From assembly GCF_037042905.1 (NCBI RefSeq), contig NC_087246.1:9550001-9614000 (forward strand): 64,000 nucleotides of DNA, read 5' to 3'. Under the pieces are notes generated by a model that ran no database searches, was not told where the DNA came from, and saw only the letters and a list, made by a program, of their open reading frames with translations. Source of the DNA: Lytechinus pictus. Lineage: Eukaryota. The translations under genes and the position numbers were made by a program. Below are positions 53,601-64,000 of this stretch, piece by piece (positions within the stretch are counted from its first letter, which is position 1; each line of letters starts with the position of its first letter).

Positions 53601-56600
53601 TATGATGATACAATACTATGTTCATTGACAAAAAATTACATTTGACCTTGATACTTGATTACCCCTATATCTATATTTCATAAACTATATCTATAAACTT
53701 TTAAAGTTATGATAGCAATCTAATAATTACCTCCAAAATGGCCAAAGTTCATTGACCTTAAATGACCTTTGACTTTGGTCATGTGATCTGAAACTCACAC
53801 AGGATGTTCAGTGATACTTGATTACTCTTATGTACAAGTTTAATGAATCAGATCCATAAACTTTCAAAGTTATGATAGTAATTCAACAGATACCCCCAAC
53901 TTGGCCAAAGTTCATTGACCCTAAATGACCTTTGACCTTGGTCATGTGACCCGAAACTCCAGCAGGATGTTCAGTAATACTTGATAAACCTTATGTCCAA
54001 GTTTCATGAACTAGGTCCATATACTTTTTTCAGTTATGATGTAATTTCAAAAACTTAACCTTCGGTTAAGATTTGGTGTTGACGCCGCCGCAGTCGGAAA
54101 AGCGGCGCCTATAGTCTCACTCTGCTATGCAGGCGAGACAAAAACTTAACCTTGGTTAAGATTTCATTTTTATTCCCTCAACATAATCTAAGTTCATTGA
54201 CCCCATATTACCTTTGACCTTGGTAATGTGACATGAAACTCAGGCAGGGTGTTAAGTAATACTTGATTATTCTTATGTCCAAGTTTCATGAACCAGATCC
54301 ATAAGCTTTCAGTTATGTTGGAAATTAATAAATACCCCCAACATGGCCAAAGTTCATTGACCCTAAATGACCTTGGTCATGTGACCTGAAACTCAGGCAG
54401 GGTATTCAGTAATACTTGATTATCCTTATGTCCAAGTTTCATGAACTAGGCCCATATATTTTCTAAGTTATGATATGACCTTTCCAAAACTTAACCTTCG
54501 GTTAAGATTTTGATATTGATTCCCCCCAACATGGTCCAAGTTCATTGGCCCTAATTGACCTTTGACCTTGGTCATGTGACAACAAAGTCTTGCAGGATGT
54601 TCAGTAATACTTGATTACCATATTATGTCTAACTTTCATGAACTAGGCCCATATGCTTTCTAAGTTATGATGACATTTCAAAGACTTAACCTTTGGTTAA
54701 GATTTGATGTTGACGACGCCACTGCCGCCCCCCCCCCCCCCTTCGGAAAAGCGGCGCCTATTGTCTCACTCTGCTTTGGAGACAAGACATAAATGGATTA
54801 TAAATAAAGTACATTATCAGGAAAGAAATCATTTCAATGTACACAGCAGAATTTGTATCAATAATACCAATACTGGACACAGATAATAAATAAATTATGT
54901 GGAGTAGGAAATTAGTATATATGACTGGTCTCAATATTTTACATAACACAATACAATCGCATTGGAGTTCCATTTTTTTTTTTTTTTTTAATTACCTTTT
55001 GGTTTTTCCTCTCGGCTGTACTCATACACCTCATTCAGAATGCGCCCTCCTGGGGATAGTACTGAGAGAAGGACGTCTGTATATCTAACAATGGATAAGA
55101 TTGGAGGAAATCACAAATAATATACTGATTGTCCAAGTCTTTCATGAATATAAAAAATATTACAAGTTTTATGCAGTTATGGTACACACCTAAACCAGTA
55201 TCAATGTGTCAAATCAAGTCATTTGTGATATTTTGAGAATGACTTTAATAGAGTGAGGTAATTATGGTTCCAAGGATGGTGAAACACAACAAAGCCTAAA
55301 TTTGAAGCCAGATAATTTTAGCTATTCTCAAGTCAAATACTCTGCTGGCAAGGGGTGAAAATGTATAAACCTTTTTTTTTCAGTGTTATGTAGTTTATAA
55401 GCTTTTGGTTCGTACATGATTTGCAATTTCACTTTTGTGTCTGGTCTTTACATGCACAAATCTTTTACCTCCCCCCCAAAAAAAAAAATTAAACCGAATA
55501 ATGAATAAATCATATGTACAAATTAAATAATGATGATACATGATGGTGACGGCAATGATAAAAATGACAATGTTGATAAAGATGATAATGACAATATTGG
55601 TGGTGATAATGATATTGACTACTTCATAAAAAATTTACTCTGACTTACTGCTGTTGTAATGAGGGATCGACAGCAACAAGAGAACCTCGGTCCCAAATAG
55701 CATCAAACTGACCAGCAAAATCTCTGTATTTCCAAAGAGGGTGCAACTGAGAAACTGTAATTCCTCACATCAATTTCTATATTCTACATACCCACTGTAT
55801 ATCTATCGTTAACCTGTTAGAATCAAGTAAACAATATGGCCATGTGCAGTTTGATCTTGGCCTTACAACAAAAAAAGACTTCTGGGGAGTGTTTCATGAA
55901 AGTTGTCAGCGCTGACAAGTTGGCTTTCTTCGACAGTTAACATAGTAACAGTCAGAGGCAAGTGCCTCACAGCCAATCAAAACCAAGGATTTCACTGAAA
56001 TTGTCAGCACCGACATTTTAGTCAGTGCTGACAACTTTCATGAAACACCCCCCTGGATTGCAATATGATAGGACATTTTAAAATGGTTCCTGGTCGATGT
56101 TTTGAACAAAGTACACATGTAACAATGATTATGATTGGCTATCACCATTTAGTAATTGATTTCAAACATTTGTGTAATGGGTTACCATCTAGATATTGGA
56201 TATAGCTAACATACATGTACAATAATTATCTTTATCATACCACTAACAAATAAATCACATATTCCACAAAAATGTACTTACTTTGAGAATTTAAAGAAGT
56301 CACACAGGTATATTTTTATCTTCTTGTCCTCATTCTGTTGGAATAAGTGAATTGTAACAATGGCATGTTAAAAAGTATATGACAATTGGTTCATATGTAT
56401 GGAAGAACTAAAATGGCTAACATTATTTTATCAGGGTATACTAGTACCTTTGTAACAATCTACCAACTTTCCTAAAGACTGGTACTTCCTTGGACCAGTT
56501 CAACAAGCTCTTGAAGGCCCTTTCATTTTGTTATGAATAATAATAAAGGGTATTTATATTGCGCACATATCCACCTTGTCAGGTGCTCAAGGCGCTCCTA

Positions 56601-59600
56601 TATTACCCGGCTAAGCTAGGCGTTCATAGCGCACACAGCTTTTTAAGGAATTACTTCCTACGGGTACCCATTTACCTCACCTGGGTTGAGTGCAGCACAT
56701 TGTGGATCAGTTTCTTGCCGAAGGAAATTACGCCATGGCTGGGATTCGAACCCACGACCCTCTGTTTCAAAGTCCGAAGACTAATCCACAGGGCCACAAC
56801 GCTCCACGCGTTCAACGCGGCCACAACGCTCCAACAATGCGTCTCAGAAAAAAATTGTTTCTAGATAGATGGCGTTACATAAATGCCAATTATCGTTATT
56901 ACTATTATTATCATTAATATTTATGAATGATATTGATAACTGTTCATATTGTTCATCATCTGGTATACAAATAGTGAATAGGCATGAGTACATGGTGGGA
57001 GATTATGCGAAATCTTGCACCATTGCACAAATATGAATATTCGCTATTTGTGTTGTACAACGCCTCGGAATCTAGCGAAAATATGAAGAAAAAAAAGTTT
57101 TTCTCTGCAGTAATCTATGAAAAGGGAGCAAAAATATTGAAAGCGAAAAGCAAAATCCCACAAGCGCACATGACCTTGGGCAGCATTGCGCATGTAGCCA
57201 GTAGGCTATACACGTATTGCAGTCTTCATTTTTTACTGAGCGCAATGAATTAAATCGTATTGTGAAGTCACCTCCGAAAGCCGTGCAACGGTACATTTTG
57301 GTACGTCGTGTGTGCAACGGTACGGATGTTTGACATTTAGCCTCCCATTTGCTCATGAACAACAAGCTAGTTCAAGTTCAATTTATTAAAAAACCAGACA
57401 TATTATGAGTACAAATCAATGATCAGATGGTACAAAAGAATACATGATACAATATGAACGGTTTTCTAGGACCCCGAAGAAGCACAGCTTGTGAGTGGGG
57501 CCCTATACCTCTAAATAAGATGTAGATCTAAATGTATAAAATGACAAAGGAGAATACATAATAAACAGATATATCGACTACAAATATGTACAAAATGTTA
57601 CATTAAACAAGTGTCAGCATAAACACAAACACACTCACCCTCACACACATGCAAACACACATGACTAGGGTGGCCAACTACGAGATACATGTAAAACATA
57701 ATAGACTCTATGGAAGAAAAAACTTTCTAATTTAACTAAGATAATAGATTGTCAAAGAGGTATTTTTTACATTGCACTTTAAACCGATAAAGAGTTGTAC
57801 AGTTCCTAATATCAGAAGGTAACCTGTTCCACTCCTTGATACAGGTTGTTATGAAAGAATTTGAGGATACATTAGTTCTAACATAAGGTCGGTGGATAAA
57901 GTTATGTTGACGTGTATTGTAATTGTGTATCTGAGAGTTAAGGGGAAATAAGTCTTTTAGTTGGAAAATTTGGGGGCAAAAATGAAGATTAAACATGAAA
58001 ATCAGACAATTAAATGCAACTAACTCGTCAAAAGGGAGCAATTTCAGCTGAAGGAATAAAGGTTTACTAGGGTGTCTGAAAGTCGAATTGGTGATGAGCC
58101 TCATGATTTTCTTTTGTAAAACTTTTAGTTTGTCAATGTAAGTCTTAAAAGTATTACCCCATGCAACATTGCAGTAAGTCAGATAGGGAAGCACAATGCT
58201 GGTGTATAGGATTCTTAGAATAGACCCAGGTAAAACACACCTTAACCTACATATAACACCTACACCTCGAGAAACCTTTGTACACACTGATTCTAAATGG
58301 GGTTTCCAAGTCAAATGCTCATCAATAATTACTCCTAGAAATTGAATATGCTCACTACGAGCAACATTGTGGCCCCCAACATCAAGAATATTGACAACGT
58401 CTGGAATAATTTTGCCTCGTGATAGAAAAATAATACGTTTAGTTTTCTTAACATTTAGCAAAAGTTTATTACAACAGAACCATGCAAGTAACTTTTTAAT
58501 TTCTACAATTGCAACTGAAATAAGAGTAGCAACATTTCTATTAGACAATTGTAAACTTGTTTCATCAGCAAACAGAGAATACAAAAACACATTTGATGAG
58601 TTAATGATATCATTGACATAGATTAAAAATAGCAAAGGACCAAGTACCGAACCCTGGGGCACACCATAATGAATATTACCAGATTGCGATTAAACACCAT
58701 CAACCATGACATATTGTGTATGATCTTGTAAATAGCTTTGGAACCAAGCCAATGCTACTCCGCGTACTCCATAGTGCTCAAGTTTACTAAGAAGGATGAC
58801 ATGGTCAATCGTGTCAAACGCCTTGGACAAATCAAGGAAAATTCCAAGGCAAAAATAACCATCATCAAATGATTTTATAATAGTAATTAATAAATTGAAA
58901 ACACCCATGCTAGTAGAGAAGTGTTTTCGGAAACCATGTTGCTGAGGGATCAAAATGTTTCTTTCCAACAAAAACCCGTTCAATCGCTTGTAAACAATCT
59001 TCTCCAAGAGCTTAGAAAATATTGGCAAAAGAGCTATAGGTCTGTAATTAACAATATTCTTCTTGTCATCTTTTTTGAAAACAGGAACAACCTTAGCCAC
59101 TGTTATCATCGTTGAGTGATCTATGTGTACATAGTGGGGCATATTATGAAGTGCTTTGTAACACTAGGAAAAAAAACTAATCAATAAATTCGATTGAAAC
59201 AAGGAGTACTTAACCCTAATGATTTTCATTTTATTTTGATATTTTTTTTAGATACCTAGCACCATTTTTTGGTCATTTTATTTACTTCCCTTTAAAGATG
59301 GACATGTTCAACAGGTATTTTATAAATTTTAGTGATTGGATAACAGAAAGCATTAGACAAATATCATATCATGACATTTTCAGCCTTTTCCATACTTCTT
59401 GAGAAGTGCTTCAATATCCAAAAGAAGAAATCATCCTCTTGTGAGTATGCTGGTATTGGCAGTTTCACAAAGAATGGAAGCTTTTACAAACCAAACACCC
59501 ATTAAAGAAACAGGAGAAAATGATTATATCACACCGCTGCCACCAAATGTTTCATGGGTCACTGTGGCATGTCAACGAAATCACCACATCTTAGTGCTCT

Positions 59601-61015
59601 ACATGTAAGTCGATGGGACATTATATCCCACTTTTTACTTTTGTTCTAAAGTATTCATACTAAAGCACACATCACTTTTGTTATGTGATGTACATCGTCA
59701 AAGCCCCCCCCCCTGCAATGCCCGTGGGTCAAGAACCCTCATCCTTACCTCAAATAGTTTGCCATCTTTAACCCCAGGGATATCACTTTCTTTGTAGGAG
59801 AGATCTTGTTCTTGAAAGAATTCCATGACAGCTTGGAGAACACCTTCTACTCCAACAACCTCATGACCTTCTTCAGCAAGCCTGAATAATCAAGAAAAAA
59901 TTATCAACGAAAATTGCTAGATGTCAAACAAGTACAACTCTCCTCTATGTACACTGACATATACCAAAACCTCTCTTTGTGCTCATTCTAAAGAAAACTC
60001 TTTGTCCATGAGATATTTTAAACGTCCTCCCATGTACAAGTGTGATTTCAATAATGTAGGTTTCATTGCCAACAGGAAGTCCACATCAGATATCTCAACA
60101 TTAAAATGCTAATAACTTCAAGATTTCTATTTCTCCAATTTCCCTACAACTTTCATTGATTTGTTTCTTTCATTTTTCTGTTATCACACAAGATAACGCG
60201 TTTCCAGGGTTTCATTCTCGTTTAATACATTTATAACAAAAAATATGTGATCGAGTTATCAACTGGAATATACTGATAACATAAAAAGAAACAGATAATG
60301 ACAAAAATGAAAAGATACGGTAATCATTAGTATCACCTACCATCTCATATCCAATGTTTTCCCACATAGCGGAACAAGCACCCGACTAGGCTTCTTCACC
60401 AGGAGTTTGCTCTGAAATTCTAGCAATGACCTGAAAGTAACATTCATTTCATCCATAATCAATCTATAAAAGTCAAATTGATAAAGCCGAAAAGTTTCAA
60501 ATTACATGGTTTTTCGTCAAATCATCACCAATATTTTTTATCATTATAAAAAATATTTTACAACAAATTTACTAAAAACACTACATCCCCATCTTCTTTT
60601 GCAAACCATTAACCCATGCCATTTCTTTTGTGTTATAAATCAAAACAAAATACACACATGTGTATACATAGCATGTTTGCATTTTGAATTGATATTAAGA
60701 TCATATCATATCCTATCATTTAATACATATGAATATATTAGGGGATTTTTTAAAAATCATATCAACTTTTTAAATGTACACATGCCAAAAATAGAGATTC
60801 TTCCTTTTCATGAAAACAATGATAGGCCCAACTAGTACAAAGTTACATGTAAAAAACGTTCTGTTAAAAACAGAATGGGATTATTAAATAACTAAATGTC
60901 CTTCTGGACACAAATAGTAAATGGGAGGAATCAAATATTACTTGTGAACGTATGTCCGGTGGAACGGTGTTCTGCCCTTTGTCCACCCTTCTGACCATTC
61001 TCCTAGTTTAGACAT
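50610..61015 (-). CDS. TPMT: Thiopurine S-methyltransferase-like (class I SAM-dependent methyltransferase), 8 coding exons, 223 aa from the first visible ATG
   Basis: Minus-strand exons: 60942-61015 ([19 protein letters not shown]), 60341-60430 ([15 protein letters not shown]), 59749-59881 ([23 protein letters not shown]), 56282-56334 (IKIYLCDFF), 55649-55723 ([17 protein letters not shown]), 54996-55084, 52559-52603, 50610-50722 (TAA). W..GW..G.T.FH, PLCGK and WDRG.LVA are TPMT-family signatures. An acceptor (tacagcag) at 61021-61026 implies a further upstream exon, so the start codon is uncertain. Confidence 0.9.
50957..51015 (-). pseudogene. More degenerate duplicate of the TPMT terminal exon (copy B)
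   Basis: After acceptor ctaatcttttcag it reads [19 protein letters not shown], resembling GEK(FSIE)LLADNDH with a 4-codon deletion; same phase. Confidence 0.55.
51415..51598. mobile_element. hAT-like MITE
   Basis: cagggacggatcca ... tggatccgccagtg; 8-bp TSD gacacaac (51407-51414, 51599-51606). Confidence 0.82.
51906..52027 (-). pseudogene. Degenerate duplicate of the TPMT terminal exon (copy A)
   Basis: After acceptor tttgtttcag it reads [37 protein letters not shown], versus the intact last exon [37 protein letters not shown]. Same intron phase; two in-frame stops (52023-52025, 52005-52007). Confidence 0.85.
52744..53014. mobile_element. Second Penelope-like inverted pseudo-LTR remnant (different family)
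   Basis: ~100-bp inverted arms 52792-52892 and 52914-53014 around a 21-nt spacer; hammerhead core at the junction. Confidence 0.7.
52893..52937 (+). ncRNA. Minimal hammerhead-ribozyme-like motif
   Basis: CTGATGA-a-gagca(aagcttatg)tgctc-GAAA-cg-TC: canonical core boxes, 5-bp stem II, palindromic acgt; stem I pairing is poor. Confidence 0.5.
53127..54785 (-). mobile_element. HINE/Helentron-like element (same family as 33307-34260) containing a complete second copy at 53497-54141
   Basis: Two acaagtggagcgcctctggcagtc ends (53127, 53497) and two gcggcgcctat..gtctcactctgct ends (~54141, ~54785) in nested order; same tgacctttgacct tandem units. Confidence 0.82.
55885..56052. mobile_element. Harbinger-like MITE
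   Basis: TIR gggagtgtttcatgaaagttgtcagcgctgac / gtcagtgctgacaactttcatgaaacaccccc; CTG duplication. Confidence 0.8.
56536..56805 (-). mobile_element. Full-length tRNA-derived SINE with L2-type tail
   Basis: Minus strand: A box tggccctgtgg, B box ggttcgaatcc, central cccaggtgaggtaaatgggtacc block, tail gcgccttgagcacc..gcgcaatataaata then (tta)n. Confidence 0.85.
57369..59110 (-). mobile_element. 5'-truncated L2/Crack-type non-LTR retrotransposon (RT domain and 3' UTR), inactivated
   Basis: [63 protein letters not shown]. One in-frame TAA at 58690-58692 splits the two listed ORFs; catalytic FADD reads FADE; ends aataaattgaacttgaact on the minus strand. Confidence 0.92.
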
Positions 61016-61974
61016 CTCACCTGCTGTAGAATGTTAAAAACACATAAAAGAAGTAACCAATATGCATTGATGCATTATAATTTCTTTCTCTATTTTTAAT
61101 ACATAAATTATCACCATTGTTTTTTTTCCTGCACATTACAAGATGTAGAGCTCATTATTCTAGATTATCATTCAAAGTACCGTAAGGATCTGCAGCTGGT
61201 AATTTGGTAGGCAGTGTCCAAGGTCATAACAAAAACATGTGGTTTTCACCAACATTTAGTGGTTCTATTACTAGGGACCCATAATCTTTTATGTTAATTG
61301 GGGCATCTAGGGCATATTTATTCTTTTTTGCAACATTTTGAGTGTTCCAAGAAACTCCACTTTCATATTGCGCCGTTTCGAGGACCCCTACGTTTTTGCT
61401 GTGTGGGGGGGGGGGGGGGGGGGAGGACACACAAACTTTTCATTGGGGCACTTTTGCATTTTGTTAAGTGAAATTGAAATATTTTGTTCAGTCAAAAATG
61501 TAAAATTTCTAGGGGGGGGGCATTGAACTGCCCCTTTCCCTGCTGTGTACAAGACCATGAGCACATATAAAGTCTACATACCACACATTGGGTTGAGTGC
61601 AATCCCCCCCCCCCCCCGCTGTTTGAGGAGTTTTTTAAGAAAATTTTTCTTTTTTTTAGTCCTCGATCCTCCTAGGTATAACGTTACACATAGAGCACGC
61701 AGAGCCAGGCGAACTGCCTCGGCAGCCACCATGACTGAAATAGACTGATCTTGCTATATGCCAACTGTCCTAGCAGTACTAGTAGGCTTGTTACGATCAT
61801 CTGCGTTCGAGAAAACCGGGGGAGCTTTTCTCGAAAGGGTGGTTTGAGGGAGGGGAGTCAAAATAACGCACCTTTTCGAGACAACCAGGGAAGCTTTTCA
61901 CGAAAGGCAGTGCTGAGTAGCCTCTTGTACCAGTTGTTTGTGTGTCTGTGTAAATTTGTGTGTGTAATGAGGCC

Positions 61975-62166
61975 CAGGCGCTGATCCAGGGGGGGACATG
62001 TGCCCCCCTTTTGAGAAGAAAATTAAAATTTGTAATGTTAAAATTCCATTGAAACCGAGGTGTGCCCCCTCTTTTGAAATTGAAGACCTTTTTTTTTTTT
62101 CCTTGTCAAATTATTCCTCCGAAAAATTTGCCCCCCCCCTTTCGAAAAATCCTGGATCCGCCCGTG
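61975..62166. mobile_element. G/C-run MITE
   Basis: caggcgctgatccagg ... cctggatccgcccgtg; gaggcc repeated on both flanks. Confidence 0.65.
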
Positions 62167-62870
62167 GAGGCCGCATATGAGGTGAGGTTGTGTGTAGGTG
62201 CATGTGTGTCATCTTTGGAACACTTCGACGGACATTTGCATTAAAAAAAAGGAAAGTAGGAAAAAACACAAATTATGAGCATTTTCATTTAGGCTTATTT
62301 ATTTTCAATAGTCTCGGCGGTGCAGGCGTCGACCGGGTTCTGCACCGTATATGGCAATTAGTACTAGCTAGCAGCTTGCGAAGGAAAGCCAGTTTCAAAG
62401 TAATTGCTTTAGTGGTGTACAAATGAGGGGGGGGGGGGGGGCTTCGGGCGCTTGGCCCCCCCCCCCCCTCCCCAACAAAAAAAATCACGACCAAGAAAAA
62501 AAAAGAAAGGGAAAGAGAAAAGGGTGAAATATATTTTTTCTGTACTATATTTTGCCATACATAATTGGATTTTTTTAAAGATAAAAAAGTCTAAATTTTT
62601 GCTCACTCACAACTTTTTTTTAATTTTGCCCAATTCGCCATATCTAGCCCCTTCAAAATATTTGGCTCATTACGCCACTGATATGTTTCATCACACTTCT
62701 ATGCAAATGCTAATTTATTCAGAATATGCTATTTCTCCTAATAAATCCATTGTTTTATATGGCTTTGTGGAATTGTTGGGGGTCTAGAATTACTTCATTA
62801 ATATGCATTGATTAATTTTATTCAAAATCACAAAAACTGCAAGCTCTCTTCTTCTCCTTATTATCAGTAA

Positions 62871-64000
62871 TGTAATGAGCCTAGAGGATTATGTATTATG
62901 CACACTGCATCATTGGTGTAAACGTTTGTTCTTTTATGTGCACAGGGACTTACTGTGTTCATTGTTAGCTGCCATAGCACCTGAAGCTTTATAGCCCAGA
63001 GCAACAAATAGACAAGGTTCTTATTTATGAACACGGTCAACTCTCCAACATGCCTACCGTTAACTGCCCAATACCCGGCTGTGACTACGCCACACCAGAC
63101 CTTGATGCTGCCATCGTAGCTGCCCTTCTCACTGCCCACAGTAGCATTCACACCTCTGGACAAGCCGCCAAGGTCGAGAAGGTCAAGAGACCAACGATTG
63201 CCACTGCTGGCACCAGCGAGGAATGGGCATACTTCAAGTCGCGGTGGTCCGACTATGTCGTTGCCACTAAGATCACTGGGAAAGACAAGGTTGTACAGCT
63301 TCTTGAGTATTGTGACGAGCCCCTACGGAAGGACCTCACGCGAGCTGCTGGTGGCAGCCTCACCAACAAAACTGAGGACGAGGTGCTGACAGCCATCAAG
63401 AAGCTCGCCGTACGAGAGGAGAACACCATGGTTGCCCGTGTGACACTCCACAACATGCGTCAAGACAGGAACGAGAAAGTTCGCAGCTTCGACGCCCGTC
63501 TGCGGGGACAGGCAGATATTTGCAAATTCATCATAGCTTGCCCTGCCTGCAATGCTGATGTCAATTACACTGATGCAATCATGCGGGATGTGCTTACCAG
63601 GGGGATTGCCGATTCTGAAATCCAGCTCGATCTTTTAGGGGACAAAAACCAAGACATGGGCCTGGAAGAGGTTTTTCAGTTCATTGAAGCAAAAGAGGCT
63701 GGTAAACGCTCTGCCTCCTCTCTCCTCGACTCACACACGGAAACGGCCAGCAGCTCCTCCTATAGGAAAGCTAAGCAGGCGCACCCAGGGCCCAAGGACA
63801 AACAGGAACTGTGTGCCTACTGTGGCAAGAAAGGGCATGGACGGAGTGCTCCAGCTCATGTCCGCAAGACGCAGTGCCTGGCCTATGGACAGAAATGTGG
63901 TCACTGCGACAAGTTCCACCACGTGGAGGACGTTTGACGCACCAAGGGCAAGCCGAAAACGTCACAATCGACCTCCTCGGGTGAGCAGGAGGGGGCCATC
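62871..64000 (+). mobile_element. Ty3/Gypsy-type LTR retrotransposon 5' end: putative LTR 62871-63033, then gag; runs off the window
   Basis: TGT...ACA-bounded 163-bp segment immediately before a GC-rich ORF with gag features; the 3' LTR is not in the window, so LTR limits are inferred. Confidence 0.75.
63050..63937 (+). CDS. gag: Retrotransposon Gag-like protein (295 aa to a probable premature TGA)
   Basis: W.YF..RW.DY, QDRNEKVRSF.ARLRGQA..CKF, D.IMRDVLTRGIADSEIQ..LL; Zn knuckles CAYCGKKGH..C and CGHCDKFHHVEDV*. The frame stays open after the TGA to the window end. Confidence 0.8.
   Translation: MPTVNCPIPGCDYATPDLDAAIVAALLTAHSSIHTSGQAAKVEKVKRPTIATAGTSEEWAYFKSRWSDYVVATKITGKDKVVQLLEYCDEPLRKDLTRAAGGSLTNKTEDEVLTAIKKLAVREENTMVARVTLHNMRQDRNEKVRSFDARLRGQADICKFIIACPACNADVNYTDAIMRDVLTRGIADSEIQLDLLGDKNQDMGLEEVFQFIEAKEAGKRSASSLLDSHTETASSSSYRKAKQAHPGPKDKQELCAYCGKKGHGRSAPAHVRKTQCLAYGQKCGHCDKFHHVEDV

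Noticed and set aside
56730..56805. tRNA gene (A and B boxes, TTG anticodon-like loop)
   Set aside because: Stems are imperfect and it runs into a SINE body and (tta)n tail, so it is a SINE head.
57736..59142. Active reverse transcriptase or domesticated RT gene
   Set aside because: 5'-truncated with no endonuclease, has an in-frame stop, and the catalytic FADD is FADE.
61688..61733. Upstream TPMT coding exon (MVAAEAVRLALRALC, transit-peptide-like)
   Set aside because: The best donor (gtaacg) is phase 0 while the 61021-61026 acceptors need phase 1, and I found no linking exon; cannot be supported without cDNA.

Overview
AT-rich, intron-rich animal genomic DNA. The repeat landscape and protein sequences suggest an invertebrate deuterostome, probably a sea urchin (inference). 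Three spliced genes were reconstructed by hand from GT-AG boundaries and frame continuity: (1) the 3' 24 exons of the DEAH-box helicase DHX37 (+, 205-18366; 5' end lies outside the window); (2) a complete 22-exon INTS2 (-, 21668-46024, 1146 aa), convergent with DHX37; (3) an 8-exon thiopurine S-methyltransferase-like gene (-, 50610-61015, 223 aa from the first visible ATG) that is almost invisible in the ORF track. Introns and intergenic DNA are packed with mobile elements: Harbinger-, hAT-, pogo- and Kolobok-type MITEs (several nested), Helentron/HINE-like elements with tandem arrays, CR1 and L2/Crack LINE fragments, tRNA-derived SINEs, two Penelope-like inverted repeats with hammerhead-like motifs, and the 5' LTR plus gag of a Gypsy-type element. 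The most unusual observations are: two degenerate tandem copies of the TPMT last exon that keep good splice acceptors; an in-frame duplication of the INTS2 C-terminus behind its TGA; a deleted Kolobok element carrying a P2X7-ballast-like (KolX) Cys motif; hammerhead-bearing long hairpins in or near TPMT; periodic perfect DR1 nuclear-receptor motifs in Helentron arrays; and interlocked poly(A) signals between DHX37 and INTS2. No database searches were run; family assignments come from recalled motifs.
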